Positions 10,479-19,965 of a DNA stretch of 64,000 bases are shown piece after piece. Both the position numbers and the translations under genes were made by a program. The stretch comes from an uncultured Gammaproteobacteria bacterium. Lineage in GTDB: Bacteria; Patescibacteriota; Microgenomatia; UBA8517. Numbering within the stretch: the stretch's first letter is position 1; every line of letters starts with the position of its first letter. The stretch covers positions 6,709-70,708 of the forward strand of contig CAZIMC010000002.1 in NCBI GenBank assembly GCA_964540475.1. Reading direction: 5' to 3'. The notes beneath the pieces were generated by a model that worked only from the letters and a program-made list of their open reading frames with translations, made no database searches and was not told the DNA's origin.

Positions 10479-10481
10479 AGA

Positions 10482-11369
10482 ATGGAGAGATATTGGAAAA
10501 TTGTCTTTGGGTTATTATTGCTCACGGCCAGTATGGTCTGGATTTCAGTATTAGTAGTTCCAGACAAAACATTTAAACTTATTGCCTGCGATGTAGGACA
10601 GGGTGATGCCATTCTTGCTGTTTACGGAGCAAATCAAATATTAACAGATGGGGGGCCGGGGAGTAGCGTAATTTCTTGTCTAGAAAAATACATGCCGTTT
10701 TATGATAGAAAAATCGAGCTTGTGGTTTTAACACACGCAGACCGTGACCATTACGGGGGATTGGTACATGTGTTTAAAAGATATGAGGTAAATACTTTAG
10801 TGGTAAGTAGTGTTGATTCTGGCAGTAGTGGATATGAAGTGCTAAAAAATGCCGTAGGGGGTAGTGCTACGCGAGTTATATACCCGGAAGAAGGGATTAC
10901 TGTCAGGTTGGGAAAGATGCATTTAGATATAGTCTATCCAAATGATTTGGCGTTGCGAGAAGAATATTCGCAAGTATTAGGTGCATCAGTACTTGAAGGA
11001 AAAACAAACGAAAATTCGATAGTTACTTTACTCTCATTCGGGGATTTTGATGCCTTATTAACAGGGGATATTGGTCCCAATGAAAACGATATGGTTGCCG
11101 ATAGAATCTTAAATAAGTATGCAAGCAAAACGCTCGAATATATCAAAGTGCCTCACCATGGCTCTAAAAATGGTTTGACTATCAAACTACTAGATGCAGT
11201 GAAGCCTAAACTAGCAGTAATTTCATCTGGTAAGGGAAACTCCTACGGTCATCCACACGCGGAGATTGTGGATATGTTAACCAAACATAGAGTTCAGATA
11301 TTAAGAACAGATGAACTTGGCGAAATTGTGTTGGAATCTGATGGAAGGCGAGTTTGGCTATCAAATTAA
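10482..11369 (+). CDS. comEC: ComEC C-terminal metallo-beta-lactamase domain
   Basis: CDVGQGDAILAV and HADRDHYGG MBL motifs. Same reading frame as 9417..10478. Confidence 0.8.
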   Translation: MERYWKIVFGLLLLTASMVWISVLVVPDKTFKLIACDVGQGDAILAVYGANQILTDGGPGSSVISCLEKYMPFYDRKIELVVLTHADRDHYGGLVHVFKRYEVNTLVVSSVDSGSSGYEVLKNAVGGSATRVIYPEEGITVRLGKMHLDIVYPNDLALREEYSQVLGASVLEGKTNENSIVTLLSFGDFDALLTGDIGPNENDMVADRILNKYASKTLEYIKVPHHGSKNGLTIKLLDAVKPKLAVISSGKGNSYGHPHAEIVDMLTKHRVQILRTDELGEIVLESDGRRVWLSN

Positions 11370-11861
11370 TTACCCACCCTCCAATCTTTACGGGAAATAG
11401 AAACATTTTTGCTAAATTGCTTCCTTTACACCTCTCTTTCGACTTAATTGTTTCGTTTCTGTATATAAACTGCTGGCTATCCAGGCTGACATATATTAAA
11501 ATATCTATTATGGGGGAGCGAAAGGAATATTTTATTTCAGATCTGACTGATTCAGAAATTGAAAGGTTAAGAGGCGTGTTAAGCAAGAATTGGGTGAGAG
11601 CGAGCCCCTGCCGTTTCGTGCTACTGATGAGGCAGCGGCACCGGCTGTGGGGGAGGCTGATATTTGGCAACCGGACGAGAGGTGTGTAACAATTTACAAA
11701 CAAACCAGCGCAGTTCACGCAAGCGAAATTGATATTGACTCCCGGCTGGGAGTTCTTCTTGAAGAACTTTCAAAGCTGCATCCTTCTAACGACTAACAGT
11801 AACACCAGGCTGTTTTAGCGGTTTGTTTAAACAAAGATTAATTTGATGTAAAATTGGTTAA

Positions 11862-13610
11862 ATGCCAAAGAAAGCTATTGAAAAAGCAATAAAAGATGTG
11901 ACTGGAGTTACCGACATTGAACTTTCTATTCCTGAAAATGAACTGCATGGGGATTACACGACAAACATCGCCATGATCATGTTTGCAAATTTTCAAAATC
12001 CAAATTCCAATTTTCAATCAAGCACCAATAATCAATTTTCAAAATACAAAAACCCAAGAGAACTTGCGAACGAATTAGTGACGGAACTTCAAAAAGACAA
12101 AGAGCTTTATAAAGTTGTTGAGAAAATTGATGTAGCAGGACCTGGGTTTGTTAACTTCTGGCTCAAGAAAGATGTGCTGTTTGATACTCTACTTAATATT
12201 AACTCACATATTGATACATTTGCAAAAGTAGATGTATTGGCTGGCAAGCGGATAATGATTGAGTTTGGTCAGCCTAACACTCACAAGCTTCCTCACATTG
12301 GGCATTTGTTTTCTTATATTTATGGTGAGAGTGTGGCTAGGCTACTTGAGGCTAACGGAGCCGAGGTGTTTAGAGCCAATTATCAGGGCGATGTAGGGTT
12401 ACATGTTGCAAAATGTCTTTGGGCCATAAGAGAAATTGGGATGGAAGAGTTTAGGAAAGTGGAAGCCAAAAGCTTACCAGAAAAGGCAGCCTATCTACAA
12501 AAAATGTATCAGGAAGGCAGTAAAGCTTATGATGAAAATGAGAACGCAAAAACTGCGATTCAGTCGTTAAATAAACAAATTTACGAAAAAGACGTTGAAG
12601 CTTTTCCATTATGGGAGGTGACTCGTGGTTGGAGTGTTGAATATTATAAAGAATTCGAAAAACGTTTGGAGATTAATTACGACCGGTATTTTTACGAATC
12701 TCAAGTCTACAAAGAAGGTGTTGAAATAGTTGAGCGTAATTTAAATAAAGTATTTAAGAAAAGCGAAGGGGCAGTAATTTTTGAAGGGAGCAAGCGCGGC
12801 CTTCATGATCGGGTTTTTGTAACGCGGTATGGAACTCCTACTTATGAGGCCAAAGACCTCTATCTTGAACAGCTGAAATATAAAGAGTGGCCGTTTGATC
12901 TTTTGATAATCACGACTGCCAATGAACAATCCGACTACTTTAAGGTGGTATATAAGGCGATTGAGGAAGTGGAGCCAAACCTCACAGGGAAATTAAAGCA
13001 TATAGGGTTTGGAATGGTTAACTTAAAGAGCGGAAAGATGAGCTCCCGAACGGGTAATATCATTAGTGCTATTGAACTGGTTGATGCAGTAGTTGATAGA
13101 GTGAGACAGTTAGGTAGTACTGGCGAAACTACAGAGATAGTCGGGATCGGGGCAGTTAAATATTCATTCCTGAAGAACAATCCTTTGCAGGATACCAGAT
13201 TTTCCCTGGAAGAAAGTATTGCAGCAGAAGGAAACAGTGGACCTTACCTTCAGTATACATACGCTCGTACGCATAGCGTACTGGCAAAAGCAAGGGCAAA
13301 TGGCAAATGGCAAATGACAAATTCAGCATTTAGCGTTGAGCATTTAGCGTTGAGCGCAGAAGAACTCGTTCTTGTGCGAATTTTATCCCAATTTCCTGAG
13401 ATTATTGCCGCTGCCGCCAAAAATTACTCACCAAACACACTCTGCAATTATCTTTTTAATTTAGCCCAAAAATACAACTCTTTCTATAATAGCAATAAAA
13501 TTCTCGGGGGTGAAAATGAGGAATTTCGGTTAATACTAACTTCGGCAGTGGCAAATATTCTTAAAAAAGGGCTTTATCTTCTTGGGATTTCGTCGCCTGC
13601 GAAAATGTGA
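11862..13610 (+). CDS. argS: Arginyl-tRNA synthetase
   Basis: HIGH motif (PHIGHLFSY), KMSSRTG (KMSKS-like), anticodon-binding C-terminus. 582 aa. Confidence 0.9.
   Translation: MPKKAIEKAIKDVTGVTDIELSIPENELHGDYTTNIAMIMFANFQNPNSNFQSSTNNQFSKYKNPRELANELVTELQKDKELYKVVEKIDVAGPGFVNFWLKKDVLFDTLLNINSHIDTFAKVDVLAGKRIMIEFGQPNTHKLPHIGHLFSYIYGESVARLLEANGAEVFRANYQGDVGLHVAKCLWAIREIGMEEFRKVEAKSLPEKAAYLQKMYQEGSKAYDENENAKTAIQSLNKQIYEKDVEAFPLWEVTRGWSVEYYKEFEKRLEINYDRYFYESQVYKEGVEIVERNLNKVFKKSEGAVIFEGSKRGLHDRVFVTRYGTPTYEAKDLYLEQLKYKEWPFDLLIITTANEQSDYFKVVYKAIEEVEPNLTGKLKHIGFGMVNLKSGKMSSRTGNIISAIELVDAVVDRVRQLGSTGETTEIVGIGAVKYSFLKNNPLQDTRFSLEESIAAEGNSGPYLQYTYARTHSVLAKARANGKWQMTNSAFSVEHLALSAEELVLVRILSQFPEIIAAAAKNYSPNTLCNYLFNLAQKYNSFYNSNKILGGENEEFRLILTSAVANILKKGLYLLGISSPAKM
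13295..13357 (+). repeat. Two adjacent in-frame tandem duplications inside argS (ggcaaat x3; gcatttagcgttgag x2). A second low-complexity caaatt-rich tract lies at about 11984-12060.
   Basis: gcaaatggcaaatggcaaatgacaaattcagcatttagcgttgagcatttagcgttgagc encodes ANGKWQMTNSAFSVEHLALSAEE. Confidence 0.8.
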
Positions 13611-14039
13611 TTACTTAAAGGTTACTGTTTCATCTGTTTTGACAGTTATCTTCTTGCCACGGCTTTTAAGCTCTTTGTGATATTTATGGTGAAGGTTCTT
13701 AAATTGCTGATGGAGTTCTTCAAGTTCGTCGTCGGAGACATCCTCAATGTTTACAAGGCTGGTTCTTGCCCCCTTAACACCTTTTAAAAGTTCATCGAGT
13801 TTGATGTGGATTGCTTTGGCGTCTCTATTTTGCGTGTTCTGAATTAAAAAAACCATTAAGAACGTGACTATTGTTGTCGAAGTGTTAATTATTAGTTGCC
13901 AAGTGTCTGAAAAGTTAAAAAGTGGGCCGCTTCCTGCCCAGACCAAAATTATTAAAATTGCACCCACAAATGCCGCTGGCGTGCCTACAGTTGTAGAAAT
14001 TTTCTCAGAAACCTTGCGAAAAATGTCGGACAGAGACAT
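13611..14039 (-). CDS. Low-affinity iron permease family small membrane protein (PF04120-like)
   Basis: FSDTWQLIINTSTTIVTFLMVFLIQNTQNRD is a close match to the conserved core of that family. Convergent and abutting the argS stop. Confidence 0.7.
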   Translation of the reverse strand: MSLSDIFRKVSEKISTTVGTPAAFVGAILIILVWAGSGPLFNFSDTWQLIINTSTTIVTFLMVFLIQNTQNRDAKAIHIKLDELLKGVKGARTSLVNIEDVSDDELEELHQQFKNLHHKYHKELKSRGKKITVKTDETVTFK

Positions 14040-14148
14040 GACCTAAATATAGACCTAAAATTTTTCCTTGCCAAGGGGATTTTATTACCGGTTTTGCCTT
14101 TTACACTTACTGCCACTTCTGTTAGAATCACAATATTACTTGTAAACC

Positions 14149-15423
14149 ATGAAATTTGAGAAGAGCAATCTTAAAAACGGCCTCACAATTCTAACTGTTC
14201 CCATGCCATCCCTCGAATCTGCAACTGTGACAGTATGGGTAAATACAGGTTCCAGAAAAGAAGAAAGGAAAACAAATGGCATTTCGCACTTTTTAGAGCA
14301 TATGACCTTCAAGGGTAGCAAAAAGCGCCCCAGCGCGAGGGCTATAGCGGAAGCTGTTGATTCATTTGGCGGAGAATTTAACGCAAGTACCTCTAAGGAG
14401 TGGACAAACTTTTATATAAAATCCCGAGCCGCGAATTTAAATGTTGCCTTTGATGTACTTTCCGATATGGTTTTAAACCCTATTTTGGACCCAACCGAAA
14501 TTGAACGGGAAAAGGGAGTGATTGTTGAGGAGATAAACATGTATGAAGACACACCACTTTGGAAAGTATGGGAGGTGTTTGAAACACTTATATTTGCAGG
14601 CAATAAGCTTAGCTGGGATATAGCAGGAAGTCCTGAGACAGTTCGCGCCACAAAGCAAAAAGACTTTATTAATTATAGGCAAACGCATTACTATCCTAAA
14701 AACATGCTCGTTAGCGTTGTAGGGAGTGTTACCCAAAAACAGGTTACTGCACATGTCGAAAAATACCTAAGCAATCTTAAAAACGGAAGAAGCAAGTCCG
14801 AGCCTCAAAAATTTGTGAGTAAGCAAAAAGGGGCCCAACTTAGGCTTCATGCGAAAAAGAAAGAACAGGCGCATTTTGTCCTAGGGTTCCCAAGCAGCCC
14901 CTTGGGTGATAAGAATAGATTTAAAGAAACTTTGATCGCAGCAATTCTTGGCGGCGGAATGAGTAGTAGGCTTTTCACTGAAGTACGCGAGAGACGGGGA
15001 CTAGCATATTCTGTTAAAACAGACGTAGAGCGGCTTACAGATACTGGTTATATTGCAGGTTATGCCGGGGTTGATCCTAAAAAAGCAGAAGAAGCTATAA
15101 AAGTAATGCTTGATCAATTTTATGGGTTAGCTGAAGGCCGATATGATATTGGAGAAATCGAGCTTAAAAAAGCAAAGGAGTATGTTAAGGGGCATTTAGC
15201 ACTTTCACTTGAAGACACACACGATGTTAGCAGGCTTTTTGGTGCAAGACAACTTCTGACAGGTAAAATCGATGCACCTGAAGATCTTTATACAGGAATT
15301 GATGCAGTTACCAAAGATGAGATTGTTGCCCATGCCAAAAAACTATTTGTGCATGAGAAGCTAAATTTAGCTATAATTGGGCCATACAAATCCGAAAGCA
15401 AGTTTGAGAAATTGATTAAATGA
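14149..15423 (+). CDS. M16 family zinc peptidase (insulinase-like)
   Basis: HFLEHMTFKGS inverted zinc-binding HxxEH motif. 424 aa. Confidence 0.85.
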   Translation: MKFEKSNLKNGLTILTVPMPSLESATVTVWVNTGSRKEERKTNGISHFLEHMTFKGSKKRPSARAIAEAVDSFGGEFNASTSKEWTNFYIKSRAANLNVAFDVLSDMVLNPILDPTEIEREKGVIVEEINMYEDTPLWKVWEVFETLIFAGNKLSWDIAGSPETVRATKQKDFINYRQTHYYPKNMLVSVVGSVTQKQVTAHVEKYLSNLKNGRSKSEPQKFVSKQKGAQLRLHAKKKEQAHFVLGFPSSPLGDKNRFKETLIAAILGGGMSSRLFTEVRERRGLAYSVKTDVERLTDTGYIAGYAGVDPKKAEEAIKVMLDQFYGLAEGRYDIGEIELKKAKEYVKGHLALSLEDTHDVSRLFGARQLLTGKIDAPEDLYTGIDAVTKDEIVAHAKKLFVHEKLNLAIIGPYKSESKFEKLIK

Positions 15424-16040
15424 AAACAAAACTACACGAGCAAACTTTGGTTCTTCTAAAGCCCGATTCCGTACAAAGAGGATTGGTGGGTGAGATAATT
15501 GGTCGTTTTGAAAGGAAGGGCTTAAAGATTGTTGCAGCAAAACTTGTAATGGCAGATACCAAACGTGCACGAGATCATTACGACATGCCAGAAGAGGATA
15601 AAATTAAGCTTGGAATGAAGTCGATCGAAAGCTATAAAGAACGCGGTATAACTATTGAAAAATCGCCAATGGAAATTGCGCAAGATATTCAAAAAAGGTT
15701 AGTGAGATATTTAACGAGCGGCCCAGTTTTGGCACTGGTTATTGAAGGCGCCCATGCCATTGAGCATGTAAGGAAAATACGTGGCAATACAAGTCCGTTG
15801 TCTGCTGATGTAGGAACAATAACGGCAGACCTAACAATTGACTCATACTTTCTATCCGACCCTGATGAGCGGGCTGTTAGAAACCTTGTTCATGCTTCCG
15901 GAAGTAAAGAAGAAGCAGAAAGAGAGATAAAGCTATGGTTTAAACCCGATGAGATATTGGAATATGACTTGGCGATTGAAAAGATCCTATACTCCAAGGA
16001 GTGGGAAGAAACCCGAAAAGAGCTTACTAAGCCTGAATAA
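15420..16040 (+). CDS. ndk: Nucleoside diphosphate kinase with an internal insertion of about 40 aa
   Basis: LVLLKPDSVQRGLVGEIIGRFERKGLKIVAAK N-terminus and HASGSKEEAEREIKLWF C-terminus. It is 206 aa against about 140 typical. 4-bp overlap with the upstream gene. Confidence 0.85.
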   Translation: MKTKLHEQTLVLLKPDSVQRGLVGEIIGRFERKGLKIVAAKLVMADTKRARDHYDMPEEDKIKLGMKSIESYKERGITIEKSPMEIAQDIQKRLVRYLTSGPVLALVIEGAHAIEHVRKIRGNTSPLSADVGTITADLTIDSYFLSDPDERAVRNLVHASGSKEEAEREIKLWFKPDEILEYDLAIEKILYSKEWEETRKELTKPE

Positions 16041-16138
16041 CTATCTTCTAGGGAGGAAAGCAGAGCTTGGCCATTATCAAGGCTAATGGTAAGGAAACCT
16101 TAGCCATTCTCAGTAGAGAATGGTAAAATACATCTTAA

Positions 16139-16210
16139 GCCCTCGTAGCTCAATGGACAGAGCATACCCGTCCTAAGGGTGTGATGTCAGTTCGATTCTG
16201 GCCGAGGGCA
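16139..16210 (+). tRNA. tRNA-Arg (anticodon CCT). The anticodon call depends on a fold with G at position 32.
   Basis: Hand-folded cloverleaf: acceptor GCCCTCG/CGAGGGC, T-loop TTCGATT, anticodon loop GTCCTAA. Confidence 0.6.
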
Positions 16211-16275
16211 CTAAAAAATCGTAGATTTTCAGTGTAAACACTAAAGTTCTTAATAGCATTTTAGAAGTAAGATTT

Positions 16276-16347
16276 CGGGATGTAGTGAATCGGTATCACG
16301 CTGCTTTCGGGTAGCAGAGACACTGGGTTCAATTCCCAGCATCCCGA
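16276..16347 (+). tRNA. tRNA-Pro (anticodon CGG)
   Basis: Acceptor CGGGATG/CATCCCG, anticodon stem CTGCT/AGCAG with loop TTCGGGT, T-loop TTCAATT. Confidence 0.75.
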
Positions 16348-16401
16348 CCCTGGGAGAATAACCCTCGATATGATCGATGTTAATTCCTGAGTACCGACCC
16401 A

Positions 16402-17613
16402 TTACTTCACAGTCAAAGAATACAAATTCGGGGGGTTTGAGTTTGCGCCGAGATTGGTCAGTATAAGTAGCCTATTGGTATTTACAAACGGATATGCAAA
16501 AGGTGCTGAATAGACCCCAGAATAAACCACTTGGCTGTTGGTGCCATCATAATCGGCAATTGCAACTTTGTCAGGTTCGGTAATTACTACATGCCTGGAA
16601 GTAGGGAACCAGCGAATTGCCAAGCTTTCTCCTTGCGGTTGGTCAGAAATGAGAAAATTGCGATCCTCTTTGATATCGTACACATAGGTGTTACCAGGTT
16701 TGATATCCCTGTCTTGGCGTTGAGTTGAAGAGCCAGGAAGCTGTTTTACCAGGTCCTCCTTAAGCGAAGCGGATGAGCTGGCGATATATAAAATCTTATT
16801 TTCGTCTGGTGAGAAACTTATACTTGTAGCGTTATTGGTGAATATTTCTATGAGCTCGGGATGGAGAGGCCTGAGTTGAGCAGTTAACTTGTTGAGTTTT
16901 TCCTCTTCCCATAAATCTAGCGTTTCCTGCTTTTTTACGGCGGACAGGCCCGTGAGTTGAGCCTGTGGGGTAAATGTGGTTGCATCTAGAAGGTATGAGA
17001 CTTCGGTTGCTGCTAATGTGCGCGTTCCTGCTGTGGTTTTGGTAAGCATAATTTGCCTGCCATTGGGTGAAAATTCATAAGTTGTATTTGACAGGTCACC
17101 ATCTGTAATTCTTCTCGGGTCTCGGGAAAAACCAAGTGGAAGGTTGATGGTCTCAATTACCCACAAGCCACCTTTTTCGGGATCTTCCTGGTTAAACGGA
17201 ACTGTGTATGCAATTTTTGTGTAGTCTGATGTTGTAATTGGGTTAATACTTGGCGAGAAGGTGGCAGGGGAAAGGGCCGGTGCTGTTCTAAAAAGTGTTA
17301 TGTTTGCTTCAGTAACAATTTCTTTTTCAATCACTAATGTTTTTTCCCAAGTAAAATATCCGTCTTTTCGTATGCTAATCTCATATTCACCCGGAGGGAG
17401 AGAAAGCGTTGCATTTGTGGCTGTCTTAAGCTCGCCGTCTATAAATATTTGTGCTGCTTCGGGATCACTCCTTATAACCAGGATACCATTCGGGGCGAAT
17501 TTAAATGTTTTAGGATCGAATCGGTATCCTCTGGCATAAAAGCCAAATAGAGTGCCAAAAGTGATAACCACAATGATGGTTAGAAAGAATACAAGTACGC
17601 GAAGCCTGGTCAT
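16402..17613 (-). CDS. Membrane-anchored PEGA-domain protein with TolB-like beta-propeller region
   Basis: N-terminal TM. PEGA-like DPEAAQIFIDGELKTATNATLSLPPGEYEISIRKDGY. Repeated beta-propeller-like blades follow. Confidence 0.6.
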   Translation of the reverse strand: MTRLRVLVFFLTIIVVITFGTLFGFYARGYRFDPKTFKFAPNGILVIRSDPEAAQIFIDGELKTATNATLSLPPGEYEISIRKDGYFTWEKTLVIEKEIVTEANITLFRTAPALSPATFSPSINPITTSDYTKIAYTVPFNQEDPEKGGLWVIETINLPLGFSRDPRRITDGDLSNTTYEFSPNGRQIMLTKTTAGTRTLAATEVSYLLDATTFTPQAQLTGLSAVKKQETLDLWEEEKLNKLTAQLRPLHPELIEIFTNNATSISFSPDENKILYIASSSASLKEDLVKQLPGSSTQRQDRDIKPGNTYVYDIKEDRNFLISDQPQGESLAIRWFPTSRHVVITEPDKVAIADYDGTNSQVVYSGVYSAPFAYPFVNTNRLLILTNLGANSNPPNLYSLTVK

Positions 17614-17796
17614 TCGTATATTATATAACAGACTGCAGAACTGATAAACTGTGTAACTAGTTTATAACTGAGCGAACTCAACAGTTTTCCAGTCAATCCG
17701 CTTCTCAATTAGTCAGTTGTCAATAGTTTTGTGCTAAAATGAATTCTTAGGATATGTCGAATAGTATATCAAAATATCTAACTAATATATAAGAGT

Positions 17797-18807
17797 ATGT
17801 CACTTCGTAAACGGATTGCTATAGATTTGGGTACAGCCAATACAGTAGTGTGGTTGGCCGGCGAGGGGATAGTCGCAAACGAGCCTACGGTTGTCGCCAT
17901 ATCGGCTGATGACAATAAGGTTGTTGCCGTTGGCGAAGATGCCAAAAAGATGCTTGGAAGAACCCCTGAAACGTTAATTGCAAGCAGGCCAATGCGTGAT
18001 GGAGTTATTGCCGATTATCAAGTAACCGAGGCAATGCTTCGCTATTTTATTGGCAAAGTAACTGGCAGATTCCAATTTATTAAGCCTGAGGTCATGGTCT
18101 GCGTGCCTGCAGGCTGCACACAGGTTGAAAGGCGGGCTGCGCTTGAGGCAACGCTTGCTGCAGGAGCAGGACATGCATATCTAATTGACGAGCCCCTGGC
18201 TGCGGCAATAGGAGCAGGAATTCCGGTTTCGGCTCCTTCCGGCCATATGATTGTTGATATTGGTGGTGGTTCAAGTGAGGCAGCCGTAATTTCACTGGGA
18301 GGCGTTGTAATACACCGCTCTGTTCGTGTTGCGGGTAATAAAATTGACGAAGCAATACAAAACTACATGAAGAAAAAGCACAACCTGATTATTGGCGACC
18401 AAACAGCAGAGGAACTTAAAATTAAACTTGGATCAGCTATAGATCTTCCTAAAGCGGAAACAATGGAGATTTCAGGCAGAGATCAGGTTTACGGATTGCC
18501 CCGTACTCATATGGCAACTTCAAAGGAGGTTACAGAAGCAATACGACCCATATTATTACAAATGATAGGCGCAGTTAAGGCTGTGCTTGAAGATACACCT
18601 CCGGAGCTTGCTGCTGACATTATTGATAAGGGGATAGTTATGAGCGGGGGGACAAGTAGCCTACGGAATTTTGAAAAGCTGATGACCGAAGAAACTGGTG
18701 TCCCTGCCCATGTTGCAGAAGATCCACTGTTTTGTGTGGTTAAAGGTACAGGTTTGGTACTTGAGAACCTGGAGCTTTGGAAAAGAAGCGTGACCACAAA
18801 GGGCTGA
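17797..18807 (+). CDS. mreB: Rod-shape-determining actin homolog MreB (paralog 1)
   Basis: IDLGTANTVVW phosphate-1 motif. 336 aa. About 45% identical by eye to 60549..61601. Confidence 0.9.
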   Translation: MSLRKRIAIDLGTANTVVWLAGEGIVANEPTVVAISADDNKVVAVGEDAKKMLGRTPETLIASRPMRDGVIADYQVTEAMLRYFIGKVTGRFQFIKPEVMVCVPAGCTQVERRAALEATLAAGAGHAYLIDEPLAAAIGAGIPVSAPSGHMIVDIGGGSSEAAVISLGGVVIHRSVRVAGNKIDEAIQNYMKKKHNLIIGDQTAEELKIKLGSAIDLPKAETMEISGRDQVYGLPRTHMATSKEVTEAIRPILLQMIGAVKAVLEDTPPELAADIIDKGIVMSGGTSSLRNFEKLMTEETGVPAHVAEDPLFCVVKGTGLVLENLELWKRSVTTKG

Positions 18808-19158
18808 ACCTACGCACCTTATCAATCCCAATAACGCTTATCTGTAAACTTTAAATAGATCCTATATTTATATCTACTATAATTAATATTATTTGAGGAC
18901 ACATTGAGGATAAATGAAATTTAATGAAGCTGTTAAATGAATCAATAATTTATACAAAATGTGTGTAATATTATCAAAAAAGTTACATCGCGGAGTCCTG
19001 TAGTAAATTTGACAAAATCAACTGTTTTACTGGTAAACAGAAATACTAACCAAACTGGCTGTTATAAGAGTAACCTTTCAGTTTAACTGCGTTTCAGTCA
19101 TTCAGTTGTTGTATTTTTTCTGCTAATATGGGTTCTAAGGATAATTCAGTAGCCTCAA

Positions 19159-19947
19159 ATGAAAAATCAATTGTATAAAACGTCCCAAGATATAGCCACT
19201 ATATTGGGAGTAAGAGTTGATAGCACTTCGACAATCAAAGTGCTAGATAAAATAATTGAAAAATTGCGCTTTAGCCACGAAAATAGCAAGTTTTATGTTG
19301 TTACGCCCAACCCGGAGATAGTGTTACAGGCACAAACCGATGAAAAATTAATGGACGTAATCAATAAAGCGGATGTAAGTGTGCCTGACGGGGTGGGTTT
19401 AAAACTTTTTGGTGATTTTACAATTAATATTATTCCAGGTAGGAAGCTTATGCTTAGTCTTTGTAGAGTGGCTACGGAGCATGGTTACCACTTATTTCTA
19501 CTTGGTGGTAGCAAGAAAGCAAATAGAAAGGCAGTTATTAACCTCCAGACGCGTTTTCCTGGATTACAAATTGAAGGATATGAGGGGCCGGTTTATGACA
19601 GTGAAGCAAATCCTGTATCAGAAGTTGATCTTGCGAGACACTTTGATACAGTTGAGAGAATAAATAAGTTTAAACCTCACTTAATCTTTGTAGCATTGGG
19701 TGCACCCAAGCAGGAAAAGTGGATTGATAAATACTTGCCGGTTGTAAACGCCCGGGGTGCGATGACCGTTGGCGGAGCAGTTGATTATTTATCAGGCGAG
19801 GCGAGCTTGCCGCCAGCTTGGATGGAAAACTTGAAACTGGAATGGCTCTGGCGTTTTGTGTCTCAGCCCTGGAGAGTTGGGAGAATACTAAATGCCACGT
19901 TGGTTTTCCCAGTACGGGTACTACTTAAAAGATACAAATTTGCATAG
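19159..19947 (+). CDS. WecB/TagA/CpsF family glycosyltransferase (N-acetylmannosaminyltransferase-like)
   Basis: LLGGSKKANRKAV...LIFVALGAPKQEKWI family signature. Confidence 0.8.
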   Translation: MKNQLYKTSQDIATILGVRVDSTSTIKVLDKIIEKLRFSHENSKFYVVTPNPEIVLQAQTDEKLMDVINKADVSVPDGVGLKLFGDFTINIIPGRKLMLSLCRVATEHGYHLFLLGGSKKANRKAVINLQTRFPGLQIEGYEGPVYDSEANPVSEVDLARHFDTVERINKFKPHLIFVALGAPKQEKWIDKYLPVVNARGAMTVGGAVDYLSGEASLPPAWMENLKLEWLWRFVSQPWRVGRILNATLVFPVRVLLKRYKFA

Positions 19948-19965
19948 GCATAATATAATTTTAGA

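Noticed and set aside
11540-11660. CUGAUGAG hammerhead-like motif in the comEC-argS intergenic GC island
   Set aside because: No matching CGAAAC or stem II/III pairing could be drawn. Most likely a chance heptamer in coding-like sequence.
11206-11718. ORF 11206..11718 (-) and other 60-140 aa antisense ORFs (e.g. 6164..6367, 8527..8934, 18092..18355, 29675..30376, 35071..35502, 61936..62352)
   Set aside because: They are entirely antisense to strongly supported housekeeping genes and have low-complexity composition. They are typical shadow ORFs.
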